A DNA stretch of 64,000 nucleotides from Marsupella aquatica (Eukaryota > Plantae > Marchantiophyta). A model generated the notes under the pieces. It saw only the letters and a list, made by a program, of their open reading frames with translations. It was not told the origin of the DNA and ran no database searches. Position numbers and translations under genes: made by a program. The first letter of the stretch is position 1; each line of letters begins with the position of its first letter. Where the stretch lies: positions 16,705,974 to 16,769,973 of the forward strand of contig OZ316899.1 in assembly GCA_973895155.1 (NCBI GenBank). Direction: 5' to 3'. Positions 22,330 to 36,349 of the stretch are shown piece by piece.

Positions 22330-25300
22330 TGTTGTGTGACAATGGAGAGACTTGCAACTCGCTATTGTGTTCCATTATGGGTGTGACTTATATAGTCACC
22401 ATAGGGTTACATGTTGGGGTTGGTGTTAACCCATGTTACCCCTTCAGGATAGGGTTAGGGGTTAACCATGGTCTAGAGTAAATGGTTACAACATTATTAC
22501 AATATACTAAAGAAAGACCACCAGGGACCCTTCCCCCACAGCCCAATACAGAGATTCACTTCACAACACACCAAATAACATAGAATACATATGGGAACTC
22601 ATCTCGAGGAAGAGGCATTTATAGGGGCAAGGGAATTTTTGGGGAAGAGGGGGCTACACACCAAAAGTTGGTAGAAGATCAACCTTTGGAGGCAGGGGCC
22701 GTTGGAAGATTGAGATACAACAACTCCAGGAATCCCTGGAGGAGAGGCTCTGAATATCAACAACAGAGAAACCAAGACCAAGAAAATTCTATCACATGCT
22801 ACCAATGCGGAAGCAAAGGGCATACACAGAAGGTATGCCGAGCACCTGCCCATTTAGTAGCACTTTATAAGAAAAGTCTAGTGCCACCTGAATTTAAAAC
22901 CCATGGTGCCTTTCTTGAATCTACTAAGATATTACTTGAGATTCACTTAGTAACTGAGTCATCTACTGTTGATGACCCGGATTTCTGCATAGTAGACAGC
23001 GGGACATCCCACACCATCCTGCGCAACAGAAAATACTTTAGTAAAATAACACCTTCCCAGAGGAGAGTTACAACAATTATGGGACAACACCAACTTGAGG
23101 AAGGACATGGCCCCACCATAGCAATTCTCTTGAGAGGCACAACTATACATATAAAAACAACAATTTATGCCCCAAAGGCCACGAGGAACCTCCTCAATTT
23201 CAAGGATATACGGGCCAACAACCTGCATATACACACAAACATTATCAATTCATAGGAAGTGATACACATTATTACTAAGACCCCCATTGGAAATGATATA
23301 AGAGAAACCCTAACAGCCTACCCATTGTAATACCATGCCACAAAAACACAGAGTTACCATATTGTAACACAACCACACTCAACTATAGAAATATGGCATT
23401 GGAGACTGGGCCACCCTGGCACCAATATGTTCCACAAAATAATCAAAGACACACAAGGGATACCAAATACTGTGCATCCAAGATCCCTGAAGGATCCATG
23501 CTTGGCCTGTTCTCAAGGCAAGATGATCACAAGGCCATCCCCAACCACAACAGAAAAACAAATACCAAATTTCTTGGAGAGGCTCTATGCTGACATGTGT
23601 GGCCCAATTGACCCCCCCAGTGGCCCATTCTGATTTTTCTTAGTCATCATTGACGCATCTTTGAAGTGGTCACAAGTAACTTTGTCAACTTGGAACTTAG
23701 TCTTTTCAAGGATACTGGCACATATTTTAAATTGAAAGCACAGTTTCCAGATAACCCAATTAGAACTCTCACAGTTGATAATGTTGTGAGTTCACATCTC
23801 AAACATTTGAGGCTTTTTGCACATCGGCTGGGATTGACGTGCAATTAATACCCAGTGGCCCATGTGCACTTTCAAAATGGGATTGTTGAATCTTTAATAA
23901 AAAGGCTATAGATGATAGTTGGCTTCTATTAATGCAAACTAACCTACCCACATCTGCATGGGGCCACACTATATTGCATGCAACAACGTTACTTCTCTAC
24001 CGCCCTTCCGCATTCAACACCAACACACCCCACCACCTTGCCTTTGGGATTCTCCCAGATGTATCTCACCTGAGGAAATTTGGTTGCCAAGTACTGGTAC
24101 CAATACTGGGGCCCAAACGTACAAAAATGGGACCCAAGAGACAAAAAGGCATATACATTGGTTTTGAGTCTACTGCTATCATTCAATATTTGGAACCAAC
24201 AAACAACAGACATTTTTAAAGCACGATTTGCAGACTGCCATTATTATGAAGCCATCTTCCCTATGCTAACTTCAAATAAGGGATCGACTAGGATTAACAC
24301 AACTGAATTACAATGGCAACTCTGGATTCTGGAATGACCCCTGGACAAATCAGGCTGATACAAACGTCCAAAGGATCATACACCTTACAAGAATAATGGA
24401 ACAACTACCAGATTCATTTGCCAATGCCACAAAAGTGATGAGATCACATATCCCAGCCGCCAACACCCCCTCGAGAATACAACTTGTCAGCCAACAGGCT
24501 TCCTACACAGCGCCAAGGGCAATGAGGGGACGACCTCTAGGGGCTCCTAATATGCAACCAAGACAAAAAAAGAGCTACTGTTCCTGCTCATACCCCGAGT
24601 GTACCAATGGAGATTCCCAAACCTGCAAATACAACTAGCGATGGGAGAGACAAGATTGCCATCAATTACAATATTACAGGTAAATTTGGGATAGAACTAA
24701 CTTTACCAGACCAATCCTTTGCCTTTCAAATATCCCAGGAAATGGTGAAGGACTTACCAGATCCTACAACAATAGCAGAGGCCAGGAACCAAACAGACTG
24801 GCCTCAGTGAGAGGCCGCTATAAACTCTAAATTAGATTTTTTGATCTTGCGATAGGTCTTTGGATCAATCAGTATTGCGCCCTTAGAAGGGTTTCACCCA
24901 GATCCCGGGACTATGACCTGACTTATTCCCCTGTGATGGACAGTATAACCTATAGATATCTAATTGCTTTTTCAAACCAGATGTCACCGACTATCCATGC
25001 ATCAGATGGATATAGTTACCGCCTACCTTTACGGCCACCTGGATACTATCATTCACATGGAAGCTCTACCAGAACTTATTCACTATGTGGATTACCACAC
25101 CCAGGGGGAGAACATGCAAAACAAGAAACATATGATATATGGCTGACGGCCCTTTTGACCATACAAATCAAACTGTGCTACACACAACATCCAGAACAAT
25201 TGCACTGAAAGCTTCTACAAAGCAAATAATTGATAAAAAGACTCTTACAACCCGGATCCGATTTGCTGTCCACGGACTTCACTCCATGTACGGGCTGAAG

Positions 25301-27893
25301 CAAAGTGGACAAACCTGGTACAAGCGGTTCAAAATAGAAATGCTGTCCATGGGATATACAAATCCTGACATTGCACCATGCATGTTTATTAAACAAGAAG
25401 ACAATGAGTTTATTATAGTTGCCATCTACGTTGATGACCTTAATTTGTTTGGAACCAGCAAGATAATGCTAGAAATAATTCAATTACTCAAGCGTGTGTT
25501 CGAAATGAGAGACTTAGCGCAGACTACATTCTGCCTCTGACTGCAGGTCAAGCATTTATCTGATGGAATCCTTCTCCACCAATTGACCTACACATGCAAA
25601 GTTCTGAAGCAATTTAATATGAATACAACAAAGCCGGTGAAATCACCCATGGACCTTCGCTTGCTGGACAAAGATAAAGACATGTTCAGAAAGAGAGCAG
25701 AGAATGAGCTACTACTTGGCTCTAAGAAACCATACATGTCGGCCATCAGGGCGTTGATGTACTTATCTAACCGAACCCCTCCTGATATTGCATTTGTTGT
25801 GAACTTGCTGGCATGCCACAGCTCCCAGCCAACAATCAGGCACTGGAATGGTGTGAAAGAGTGCTGTGTCACCTTTGTTGCACAATGGATTTGGGATCAT
25901 ACTTCCTTGCAAAAGCAGAACATCAGCTGACGGGCTACGCAATTGCTGATGCCAAATCCCAAACACTGTACATTTTCCTAATGGGTCCTATAGCCATCTC
26001 ATGGAAGAGCACAAAGCAAACACTGACCACTACATCTTCCAATCACTCTAAAATCATTGCTCTATACAAAGCAAGTAGTGAACGCATGTGGCTGCAAAAC
26101 ATGATGGACCACATTTTGGAGCATACAGGTATGCACAAACTAACTTTACCATAAATGATTTTTGAGGACAATGGGCCATGCATGGAACAGATTGCTACAG
26201 GATTTATCAAAGGGGAACGGACAATGCACATCCCACCCAAATTCTTTTTTGCCCATGAGCAGTAGGGCAAGCCGGGGGGCAAGCATATCGATGTGCAATG
26301 GATCCCAAGCTAGCTTAACTGCACTGACCTCCTCATGAAATCCTTCTCACCATCCCTCCATACCAAATTAACAGATTCAATTGGAATGCGTAGTCTTCCC
26401 TCTGTGATGCAAGCTGTAAATTGAAGACAAAAACTGAAAGCATAAATGGTTAAGGGGGAGATCCAACCTTTGCATAGATGAGACCGGCAATATCAAGCAC
26501 CCATGCCATTTCCATGCGGATGCAAGCCACTACATTCAACTCAAGGCAACCCAAGTTCCATAGCCAGACTGCTCCAGCAGAAGACAATGCCGCCTCCATA
26601 CACTAACAGCGAGCCCTAGCCAGACTCAACACGAGACAGACCCCCGCTTTGTCATGAAGCAAAAATCTGATACTGATGGTAAGCTATCAATCTTTGACCA
26701 AGTCGAGATTGCTTGTGTTTGTTGGCCTACTACTTGACTACACTGAGGATTAAGAGGACGAAGAAAGCACTCCAATTTGACAGGAAAATCAATCCAGGCC
26801 TAACTAAGGAATTTCAAAGTGTTGACGGACAAACGCAACTTCAAGAAGAAGAAAAGAAAGAAGGCAGAAGAAGGAAACGCAGTATAACTTGTACACATCC
26901 GTCAAAGTTTGTGCTGAGTACTTAGGAGTATACCTTACCACTTTAGTTAGGATAAAACTCCAAACCCTTATTCTAACTCATACAAACAAGAGAGGGTGGT
27001 AATACTCTTTCCTCCAAAAGAAATTAGGGGGGGTTTTAATGAGGTTACATCCCCAATCTCCCATTAGTTTCCTTTTCACCAACAATTATAGTACAAACGG
27101 TAATCACTGGAAAATAAAAACCAGTCTAGGATTTATGATAAATACTCAAATAAGCTACCAAAGTAGACTTGTGATGGCTGCATCATTTTCTCCCAAATAT
27201 GCTCCATCCAAGGGGGAGTGTTATAACCCAGATCAAACCCTAGTTAAGTCTACCTTTGGTTAGGCTTTACCACACCTACCATGCGTATATAAAACCTACA
27301 ATACGGAATAGAAGTGATTCATTGTTTTGATGTAATTCAACATTGAGTAAATCAACACTACTTATACATTTTGATGAAAAAATCATGAAGCAACGCCAAA
27401 TAGTATGGGTACCAATTTCCTGATGTGGTCCGCCCGGCCTTGCCCTAGGCCTACCCAAGGTACTCATGTATGTATATGATTCACATTGGAACCAATTGCC
27501 TCAATTGTTAGCAATTTATCCACACTACATGTTGTTGGGGAATATACTAAATCCACGGTAAAATGGAAATGCGTTGCCAGAGGGCTGTAGAGCAAGTGGG
27601 AGTAACGGGATTTAATCCCACAATGAAAATGTTGAAGTCAATTTTGACTACATTGGACGCATTTTCCACAAAGGCATTTATATGACTACGACTAAGCATT
27701 ACTAGGACTATACACTTTTCAGAATTTCAATAAAACACATATTTTAATATGCTCCATGGTCTTTTGTAGACTTATTAATGATTGTAAAGTCATATGGCGT
27801 CACATCCATTCGACTATTGTTATATTATCTAAGCACTTTGGTGGTCAAGCCTGTCATAACTGGTCTGGTCATGAAATGGGTGGTTTTCTACTA

Positions 27894-27910
27894 GTTTAGG
27901 GTTTAGGGTT
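27894..27910 (+). repeat. Short telomere-type tract GTTTAGGGTTTAGGGTT
   Basis: About 2.4 perfect units, just beyond where the adjacent Copia gag remnant fades out. Confidence 0.8.
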
Positions 27911-27989
27911 CAGACGTGTCTAGATCTAAGTCCTTAGTGTGCATCACCAGCTTAGCGCCTTGCCTTTGCTAGTGCAATGCCTTGTTGTC

Positions 27990-28690
27990 TACTAGTCTCC
28001 CCATACTTAGTCCCCGTTGGATGACCAGATACCCATTGCAAACTTGGACCATAGAGGAGCTTGGCGTCGGAGTCAACGACGCCAAAACTAAGTGTTAAGC
28101 TAGTCGATTTCTATGATTCACGGCCAAAAAGTTGTTGCTTGCTCCAATTTGCAAGGACGGTAGCCTTCACCTCATCTAGCTTCAACGTAGACTTGTCATG
28201 TGTGATGACCATCACCAACGTCAAATAGCGCTATGGAAGCAACATCAACAAATGCATTGGAAGATACTCATCGGTCAACTCAGTGTCTCCCGCCATGGTC
28301 ACCTTGTGCACAATCTCATCAAAGAGTCTAAGGTGATCATGCATGTTTCCACCATCCTTCAACTTCAACCTGAACAACCGCTCCAATCGGTAAATACAAA
28401 GAGTCAACAAAGTACTCTAGTATATCTGAGTAAGCATCTCCCATATCTTTTTGGTGTTACAATCCATCCCCAACACATTCTTGAGAATGTTGTTTGTTAA
28501 GAACAACTCAATTGTACTACACGCTTGTACCAACATATCTTTCCACTCCTCATCTGTTAGAGTCGAGGGCTTCACTCCAATGATGGTCTTCTGAAGACCC
28601 TGCTGGATCAACATGTTGGTCACCTTCCGAGTCTAGAGGCCCATCAAACTTCTCCACCTCAATCTTTGACGCATCAAGCTTCTTGAAGTT
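27990..28690 (-). pseudogene. Copia gag remnant (Tork/TAR/Tnt1-like)
   Basis: KIEVEKFDG...LIQQGL...EEWKDM..QACSTIELFLTNNIL..V...TKKIWEML...; stops and frameshifts. Confidence 0.8.
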
Positions 28691-28869
28691 GTTGATGCTG
28701 CCACAAACACACAGGAAACAAGCATCAAAATACCTCCACACAAAAATCATCAAAAAAATTGGGTTGATAAGGATGAGTTGCTGAAGGATTTCAAGATTGA
28801 GAACTGCAGGGTTTACCAATTCCTGAGACCTAAGCTATGCATCATCGGTCAGCTCAATTGCACCTAGTC

Positions 28870-29740
28870 TGTCGTTGTCTCTTTCTGAGTTGGAATGGAG
28901 CGTGAGTTGGACTAAGCTTTAGGGATCGGACTTGCCTACAAAATCCAAGACTTCCATATGGCAAATTATTGTAGGGGGGCTTTTCACAGGATCTAGGGTG
29001 CACCGCATGGAGGTTAGCAACAGGGATTGCAAGTTTTGCTGTGGGGTGTTGGAGACCATCCCGCATTTGTTCTTCCTGTGTGAATAGTCATGCTGAATTG
29101 TGTTGGTGCCTATGCGGCGTCTACCTGAGAGATTTGGATTTGCCAATTGGCAGGGGACTGCTTTCACTTTTAGGTGCTTCCTAAGAGAATGACTCAATAC
29201 ATGTGGCAAAGATATTTGTTTTGCACCAGATTTTATGGCTCATCTGGTTGGGATGGAATAAACACATGTTCCAGGCAAGGGGGCGCAAAGTATTTGACAT
29301 TAGTTTGGCGCTTTCTGAGTCGGTGGTCCACCTATCTGCGGTGGGTCAACGGTCTCCTCTGAGTCGCAAGCGCACTTGTCTACTTAGTGCCAAAACCTGG
29401 ATTGATGAACAACGTAGGAACTAGCTCAAGCTCAATTGTGGTTGTATTTCATCTAGCTGAACCCTCCCTCACTGGCCCGTTGGGCAGGGTGTATGGCTTT
29501 TGCTGCTGTGCCAAGAGAGGCCGCTCTCCTTGGCATATTTTTTATGACCACTGGGTCTTGTGGGCTACGGTTCCTTTTATGCTTTGTGCCTCGGGTTGGA
29601 AGGCTTGAAAATAGATCCAAGTAAAGATGTATGGGACATTTGGAAGATGGTCATGTATTTGCACCTCGTGTGGCTACTTGTTTGCCCTTGCACTGTCGTA
29701 GGGTTTTGCGCGACTAAAAAATTTATAAAGTTTTAAAAAC
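28870..29740 (+). mobile_element. L1-like LINE 3' fragment (ORF2 C-terminal zinc knuckle + 3' UTR); boundaries approximate
   Basis: C..C...ETIPHLFFLC and IWLGWNKHMF motifs. Homologous to 34049-34616, including the terminal AATTTATAAAGTT. Confidence 0.75.
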
Positions 29741-31313
29741 ATTGTGAGCAAAATCCACCAAAAAATGAAAGTTGGCAAAAGTGGCCTGGAAATGTATGCA
29801 CCGCCGCGTAGCCTGCAAGGTATACCGACAACTTCTTAAAATGATTTGGCAAAAAACTTATTCAACTTGGACCAGAGGGGGGCCAAAATGGTTGTTTTGA
29901 ACCCCGTCGGGTATCTTGAGTCCCAATTTATTTTTGCAATAGCAATCCGCAAATTGATTTATTGGCCCGTGCTCAACTCACTTGAGTATCCCCTTGCAAA
30001 GTCTTGCAAAAACATTCCTCCTTGACGACCATCGAATTCAATTTTTTTTGGCTGAGAACAAGCTCTCTAGAAATGTATCTTTTGGAGGGAATCTTTGTAG
30101 AGTCAAATTCTACAATAGAAGGCACTAGGTGATGACGCATGTCCAGCTAAAAAGAATTCTCCTGAATGCAAAAGAAAGAGCAAGAAAGAGGTAAAGAAAG
30201 CCAAAAGGTTAGAGGCAATACAAACCCGACAATCTTTTTCTTTGCAAGAAATACACTGATTGCGTTTGGCTTCTCTCACAATACTTATCAAATGCAAAAG
30301 GACCCAGGCATATTTAAATGCCCCCCCTTCAGACCTAAAGACCCTGGGCCGCACTAAAAGTACCTAGCACCTGCGCTCCTTGCACCCCCTTGCCCTTGTA
30401 TAGGTGTGGTGCATCCCATGGCTCTCTAAACCCAAGAACCTCCCTGAACAAGCCGATTCCCATTCGTTTTGCTCTTGCCAAGGCTGGTTTGGCGGCTTAT
30501 CGACATGGGACGTTACTAACTCCCTTACTAACTTTTTACCCACATATACTGGAGAGATCCTTCATTGGGTCATGAGATATGTAGCCGGCCTACTCTAGGC
30601 CTCTCCTTCCTCTCTTCATTCGGTCTCCCTTCGGGTATGTTTGGATTCCGCCCCCGGAATGATGCCCAATTGGCTTGGGTAGCCGCTAAGATTTCTTTCA
30701 GCTCAACACATCCAACTCTTGCTGCTTCTTACGACTTCACTTACTTCTTTTCTCTCCTGTAGTTGATGTGGGCAATCTTCACACAAGTTGATGCAACACA
30801 CAAATAGAAAAATGACTCATACCGACTAAGTTATACCATGCAACTGCCATACAAAGAGTACTTCTCATACACAAGATCTGCAAACTAAGTCAAAAGGCCA
30901 ACTCTATTTAGCTCTTAGGCATGAGGGAACATGAATATACTCAAGAGTCACTGCATAACCAATCGAGAGCTTCTCTTACTAATTGATCCCAGTCTTGCTG
31001 GTGCACTAAAAACTTGCTAAGAAAAAATCCCTGAACTCCCCATTGTACATGTATTTATCCGGGCAGCGTATTTACCTATTTCCTTGCCACGTAAGCCTAA
31101 TCTATCTAACTGTGATCTACCTATGTACAACAAGGCAAGAGCACAAGTGTTGCTTCTACCAATGGATCCGCAATCCCACTAATCTAAGTGTAAGGGCCGC
31201 CTCTTGGCCCTGATCCTAATCCTAAATTTGGAGGTCTGCACCCACTGTGCCCACTCATGTCTCCTTCCTCCACATCCGCCTTCCCTATTAAAAGGGACGG
31301 CCCTCCACCACCA

Positions 31314-33014
31314 TCATGTTAGAGGTGGCTCTCCCCCAATGGACACCCCGAATACCTCCTCTTTGGCCAGTGTCGTAGGTCCATCCTTTGACAGGTTACC
31401 TGCTCTTGACTGGGTCAACCCACCCTTGGCATGATCGGGTCCCACTACGGCCTCGGCCTTGTCTACGGCTTTTGTCTCCCCGACCTGCAAAAGTGGTGGG
31501 TCTGTTATTGCGGCTTTGGCACTGGCAGTCTCGACATTGGTCTCCTTGCCGTAGTGGTCCTCCTCATAGGCTTGTCCTACGAGGTGGGTTGTCTCGTCTT
31601 CCCAAGGTTGCGGTTGATGCCAATCAATGATTGGCAACCTTGAGTCAGTGCTCGTCATGGCGTCACCCAACTGGTTTTCTTGGCCTACCTCCAAGACTGC
31701 CACCTTGATTGCCACGACCTCGCATAAGGCCGGTGCCATGCTCTCTACCTCAGTCACGGTGGCCGGGGGAAGCGTGATGGCACCTGACCCAGAAGGTTTT
31801 TGCTTCTTCTTTTCCTTCCCCTCCGAGGAAGTCGGTGCCTTCCCTTTGCCAATTACTTTTGGCAAGGGTAAGGGTGCCTCGGCTTGTCGCTCGGCCAGTA
31901 CCACGCTTGGCAACCTTGTTGCCACCACCGGGGGTTTACTTGGAGTAGTTGGGCGCCTCATCTCCTCAGCTAATTTCTTTAGCCGCTTCATTTGATTGTC
32001 TGCCCACCGCTACAAGTTCTCCACCTTCCACACGCTGTCCTCCAATTCCTCCTGAGTCTCGTCCAGCTCTCCCCAAGTGTCTTCCAACTCCCTTGGGGTT
32101 TCCTCCAACTCCTTTTGCAAGGCCGCCCTCTCTTCCTGAGCTTCTCTCAGCTCCTTGTTGAGCTTGTGGACGACATCAAACTCCATCTTGTTCATCTTCT
32201 CGTAGGTTTGATCAAGCATCTTGTCCTTCTTACGCAGGTTGGCTTGGAAATTGGCAGATAGGTTTGCAAGATCCTCATGTAGCTGATAAATACCTTGGTA
32301 GGTTTTATTCAACTTGGTATCCTTCTGCTGAAATGCCTCGCAAAGATCTTTGAGCTCTCCTTTTAGTGCCCTCTCCTTCCTCTAGGCATTTGCCATGGCC
32401 TGGTTGTAGATCGTTATGTGAGCCTGCTCTACGTCCTTGAGCTCCTACTTCCACTTCTGCTTGCCCCTCAGCGCTTTGGCTAACTGCCCTTGGGTCTGGG
32501 CAAGTCAACTCTTGGCTAATTGGTTATCAGCCTTGGCTGTATCCAATTGCCCTTGCATGATGCTTAGCTCATGCCTCCTAACCTGCAGCTCACGTGAGCT
32601 TGCTTGGCTGCCTGTAGGTCCCCTGCCTTGGCTTCCTTCTCTCTAAGCCACCGAATGACCTCTTCCTTCTTCATACTCTCCAAGGACATTGCCTCTTCCA
32701 AATGGCTTTTATCCGACACCTCCCTTTGGATAAACGGCCCCATCTCCAACTCTTCCCCAAAGATGTTGAGGGCAATAGTGCGCACATTTTCCCATACTCC
32801 TCGGCTTTGCAACGCGCATACGTGGAGTGGGTAGGAGACACTGGCATATTCCATCACGGACTTTGTTCCCATGCCTCCTTCCTAACCTCATCAAACATGG
32901 GTAAGGGCCTAGCTTGTGCTTTTGCAAGCCGCCGAATGTCATCTGGCCATCCTCCCCCTGGTAAATCCTTCTCCTTGGCCAGGGTTTCTTTAGCCACGTC
33001 TCTGAGTTGCTCGT
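31314..33014 (-). pseudogene. A1 LTR-encoded protein, C-terminal coiled-coil part (degenerate)
   Basis: ORFs 31314-31991, 32010-32312, 32564-32872 and 32854-33014 match the C-terminal half of the 1122-aa A2 protein. Confidence 0.9.
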
Positions 33015-33828
33015 TGTTGCATGGACTAAATGTAGGGGTCACCTCAAGAAAACAAATCATTTATGGTTGCGATCTAGATAAGCGATAAACACAATTTGGG
33101 GCCCAAACTCAAACACTTTACTTTCTGAAAATCTCATGATCAATACAATGGGTGCCCTTGGGTGGGTCACTTGTGAAAGTCTGATGTCTAACCCTTCGGC
33201 GGGCTACTATCTATCTTTCATCAAGCTATCGTCCTTCCAAGAGCTATCAAGTTGGAAAATCCACGAAACCCAATTCCTCAAGTGCTCAAGCTCACAACTT
33301 CAATCCTATTCAAAATCTCTCAGTTTGCATCGCCAATAATCCAACACTTAAGCTTGTTGGTTCACAATCGGTAACCTCTCAATCCTCGATCCAAAACTCC
33401 ATAAAACAATTGACTCCCCTTGACTGAGCCGAAGCCCAGGCCTCAAATACACCTCAGAAGCAACATCCCCGCCCGACGAGTCACCGCCATGCGGGTTCAA
33501 AACTCAAAATCCAGACTCTTGGTCGCCTGAAGATGAACCAACAGCCCTTCGCATTCCAATCGCAGCCAACTCCCAACTCCTTAGCTTCCGTATGCTTGAA
33601 ACTCACCAAAAACAAAACACCAATCGTCACTCAAAGTTGAGCTCAAAGTCAAAACAATTTGACCCCCTTGGTACTCGCAGCTCACTGGAAATGGAACACC
33701 AATTGACTCTCCGAGTTAGGCTCAAAGCCAAAACAATTCAACTTCTCAACATTTGCAGCTCACTGAATATGGAACACCAATCGACTTCCTCATCCCTAGT
33801 CTCGGTACCAAAATGGTTCGTCACGACA
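33015..33828 (-). repeat. Gypsy 3' LTR
   Basis: Direct repeat of 51662-52475; preceded on the minus strand by the PPT ATTGGGGGAGAA. Confidence 0.93.
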
Positions 33829-34048
33829 TTCTCCCCCAATAAACCTGAGCACCCTCCGGTCTGCTCCACTTTACTCAAATTTGTCTAAGTTTGAAGTAGA
33901 ATCAGAACTCGAATCTAGCTCATGCGCCTGGACCACTTTTCCTTCAAGAAACTCAAAACCCAAGCACTCGGAATCTGCACCAATTGCTCCCTTTCCTTCA
34001 TTTCCTTTGGAACTTAAGCCCTTCTATCATGCGATTGACATGGGTCTT

Positions 34049-34616
34049 CCTGGGGAAATTTTTAACTTTATAAATTGGGCCGCAAAATGGCAGGCAATCA
34101 GCCAAAGAGAGCATAAGCAACGCCAGGCAGACAACATCCATAACAATCACAGGGCCAAACACGTCTCATCAATCCTCAGGGGCCGCACCCCTGGGGTCAG
34201 CCACGATGTCCAAGGAGGCCACTCCCAGACCAACAGAACATAAATACAACAGAGACCGACATATCAGAAATATAGTAGGGACCAGAGGGTTGACAACTAA
34301 TCTTTAATGACTAGAGAGGCGGCCACAGCCCCGCCTGAGCCAATCCCTACGCTGAACATCAAGCCATGCTTTGGCATTAAGGAGGCAAGAGAGTTTCTTG
34401 CCAGGAGGAGACCGGCGACTCACAGTATATAGGTGATCAGCAGTCTTAGAAAGGACAAGTCCAAGATCAAATACCCTGCGACCCCCTGCTTGGAACAAAT
34501 GCTTGTTCCATGCCAACCAAAGAGCCCATAAGACCTGGTAGAGAACAAATAGCTTGGCAACCTATATGGAGTCTTTCCCGAATGAAGCATCAAGCAGAGA
34601 CATCAGCCCATGGCCT
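34049..34616 (-). mobile_element. 5'-truncated L1-like LINE insertion with a 17-bp TSD
   Basis: CGATTGACATGGGTCTT at 34032-34048 and 34617-34633. Peptide AWNKHLFQAGGRRVFD..LLNAKAWLD is homologous to 29203-29424. Confidence 0.85.
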
Positions 34617-36349
34617 CGATTGACATGGGTCTTAACACCAAAAACGTCACTATTGGGTGCCAAAACCATCTCCTTGAACCTGAGGATCACGAAGGGATGT
34701 TGTGAAAGCCGATAAACACCAGTTTATGCCCTTAACACCAGACTATAATAGCAAGACTCTATCACACATCACCCAAGCTCAATCCCTAAGAATCAAGGTT
34801 GGGAATCAGATCTTGTGTTCATGATAGTTCTGGTGAGAAGAGGTGTTCATTTTGGGCCCGTACACACAAGGCCTAGCGCTATGGTGCGCATATGTCTATA
34901 CGTATGCTTACTATCATAGGTATATTTCTATTCCACCACTAGAATGTACCCATAAACCAGTGACTCCCTGACTGATTCTCGACTTAGGGACTTTTAAGCC
35001 ATTGCCCCACCACTCTGCCATTCCACTCTCAGCAATTAGAGTTGTGACAGCCCTCTCCCAACCCACTTCAATGCACCCGGTACACCTCTCAGTGGCATTG
35101 CTAGTCCCATCATACACTCAGATTGCCTCACACACACACATCCATGAGAAAAATGAGGCCTGAGAGGAGAACTCAATTAGATTCAAAGATGTGCACAATA
35201 ATTCATTGAGAACACTTGATCCGAACAATAGTCCCAAAGGCTGTCTACTCCAGATTGCGACATACTTGCCCTGCAAGCCTCGTGCTTGCCATGCAAGCTC
35301 AATCCTGAACCTGAGCCCGACTCACTCCAGATTGCGATGGCAGATTGGACTCCAACCAATCCCATACTTGCCTTGCAAACTCAATCCTAAACTCAACCTC
35401 CTTCACTGCACTTCATTCTTGGGGGCACATACAGATCTCACACCTCCATTTCAGAATGGCAAGTTACGCATGCACAGTTGACTCAACTTCAAAGCTGGTA
35501 CCATGCCTAATGGCGATCTACCCTAGACTGCAATGAGGCCCGGCCTCATGCTTGCCCTGCAAGCTCAGCTCTGGCCATAAATCCCTTAGTGCTCTCTACC
35601 AGACAAAGGCCGAGACTCCCCATTGATCACGTAGCCTTGCCAGACTAAACTATAAATGCTCCTCCTGCTGCTCCTCAATCAGTATCTCAGCCTCCCTAAT
35701 GTGCTCACCGCAAATCATATTGAAATCCTCCCCACATTTTACAATCACCAACACATCACCTATCACCAAGGCTCTGTATTGGGGGAAAACAACCCAGTTG
35801 TGTTGCCTACTAGAAAGAGCCACAATCCAGCTTGCAAACCTGGCCAATTGTTGCTGTGAACCGTGGCTGATCACTCCCTGAGTAATAGCACAACCAAGCT
35901 CTCCCCAACACACAGCTTCCAAGCCCAGTCCTCCTAGCATAGAGCTCCTCCCTGCTGCTCAGTCTACGTGAGATCACACAACTGAAGTCCCCCCCCTTGC
36001 CTCTACCGGGGGCTACTCTATATACTCTCATATTGAGCCCAAATGGGTGGATGCTACGCCGCTGGAGCCCCATCCCAGCCCTAACAGAGCCACCACTATC
36101 TCTAACTACTGAACCCTAACTCGCAGCTTTATTTCTATCTCGAATTGGCTATGTACTTCGGATTTGGCCCTCCTCCATAGTTTTTGCGAGCTTGCGCCTC
36201 CTCTCACGATTTCTCTATTCAACCATCTGCTACGTGGATAGTAGAGTTGGAAGCGACTTGAGTTCCTCTTTCCAACGAGGTCAATTATAGCCAATTTGGT
36301 CAAATACACAGAAAGTTATGTCCTTGTAACCAAGAGGGGTACTCACTGC

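Larger units (their letters stand above)
17501..22493 (-). mobile_element. Young Ty1/Copia element, Bianca-like, 3'-truncated
   Basis: 5' LTR 22330-22493 (TGTTG..CAACA, 164 bp), PBS and an uninterrupted gag-pol. The end of RNase H and the 3' LTR are missing. Confidence 0.92.
16953..27357 (+). mobile_element. Degenerate Ty1/Copia element, Bianca-like (older), interrupted in gag by a younger relative
   Basis: gag start (ALNADGSNYLSWSLD) at 16953-17500 resumes at 22494 (KYQI|LLQYTKERPPG). Also CYQCGSKGH zinc knuckle, IVDSGTSHT protease, integrase, RT (IYVDD) and RNase H remnants with many stops/frameshifts. PPT AAGGGGGAG at 27210-27218; candidate 3' LTR TGTT..CAACA at 27219-27357. 5' LTR not recognised. 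Confidence 0.88.

Noticed and set aside
33136-33888. ORFs in the 814-bp Gypsy LTRs (also 51651-52499)
   Set aside because: Short, with boundaries that differ between the two LTRs and no motifs; the similarity simply reflects LTR duplication.
35180-36310. Possible extra ORF in the Gypsy 3' UTR
   Set aside because: Fragmented frames on both strands with short internal repeats; no product can be assigned.
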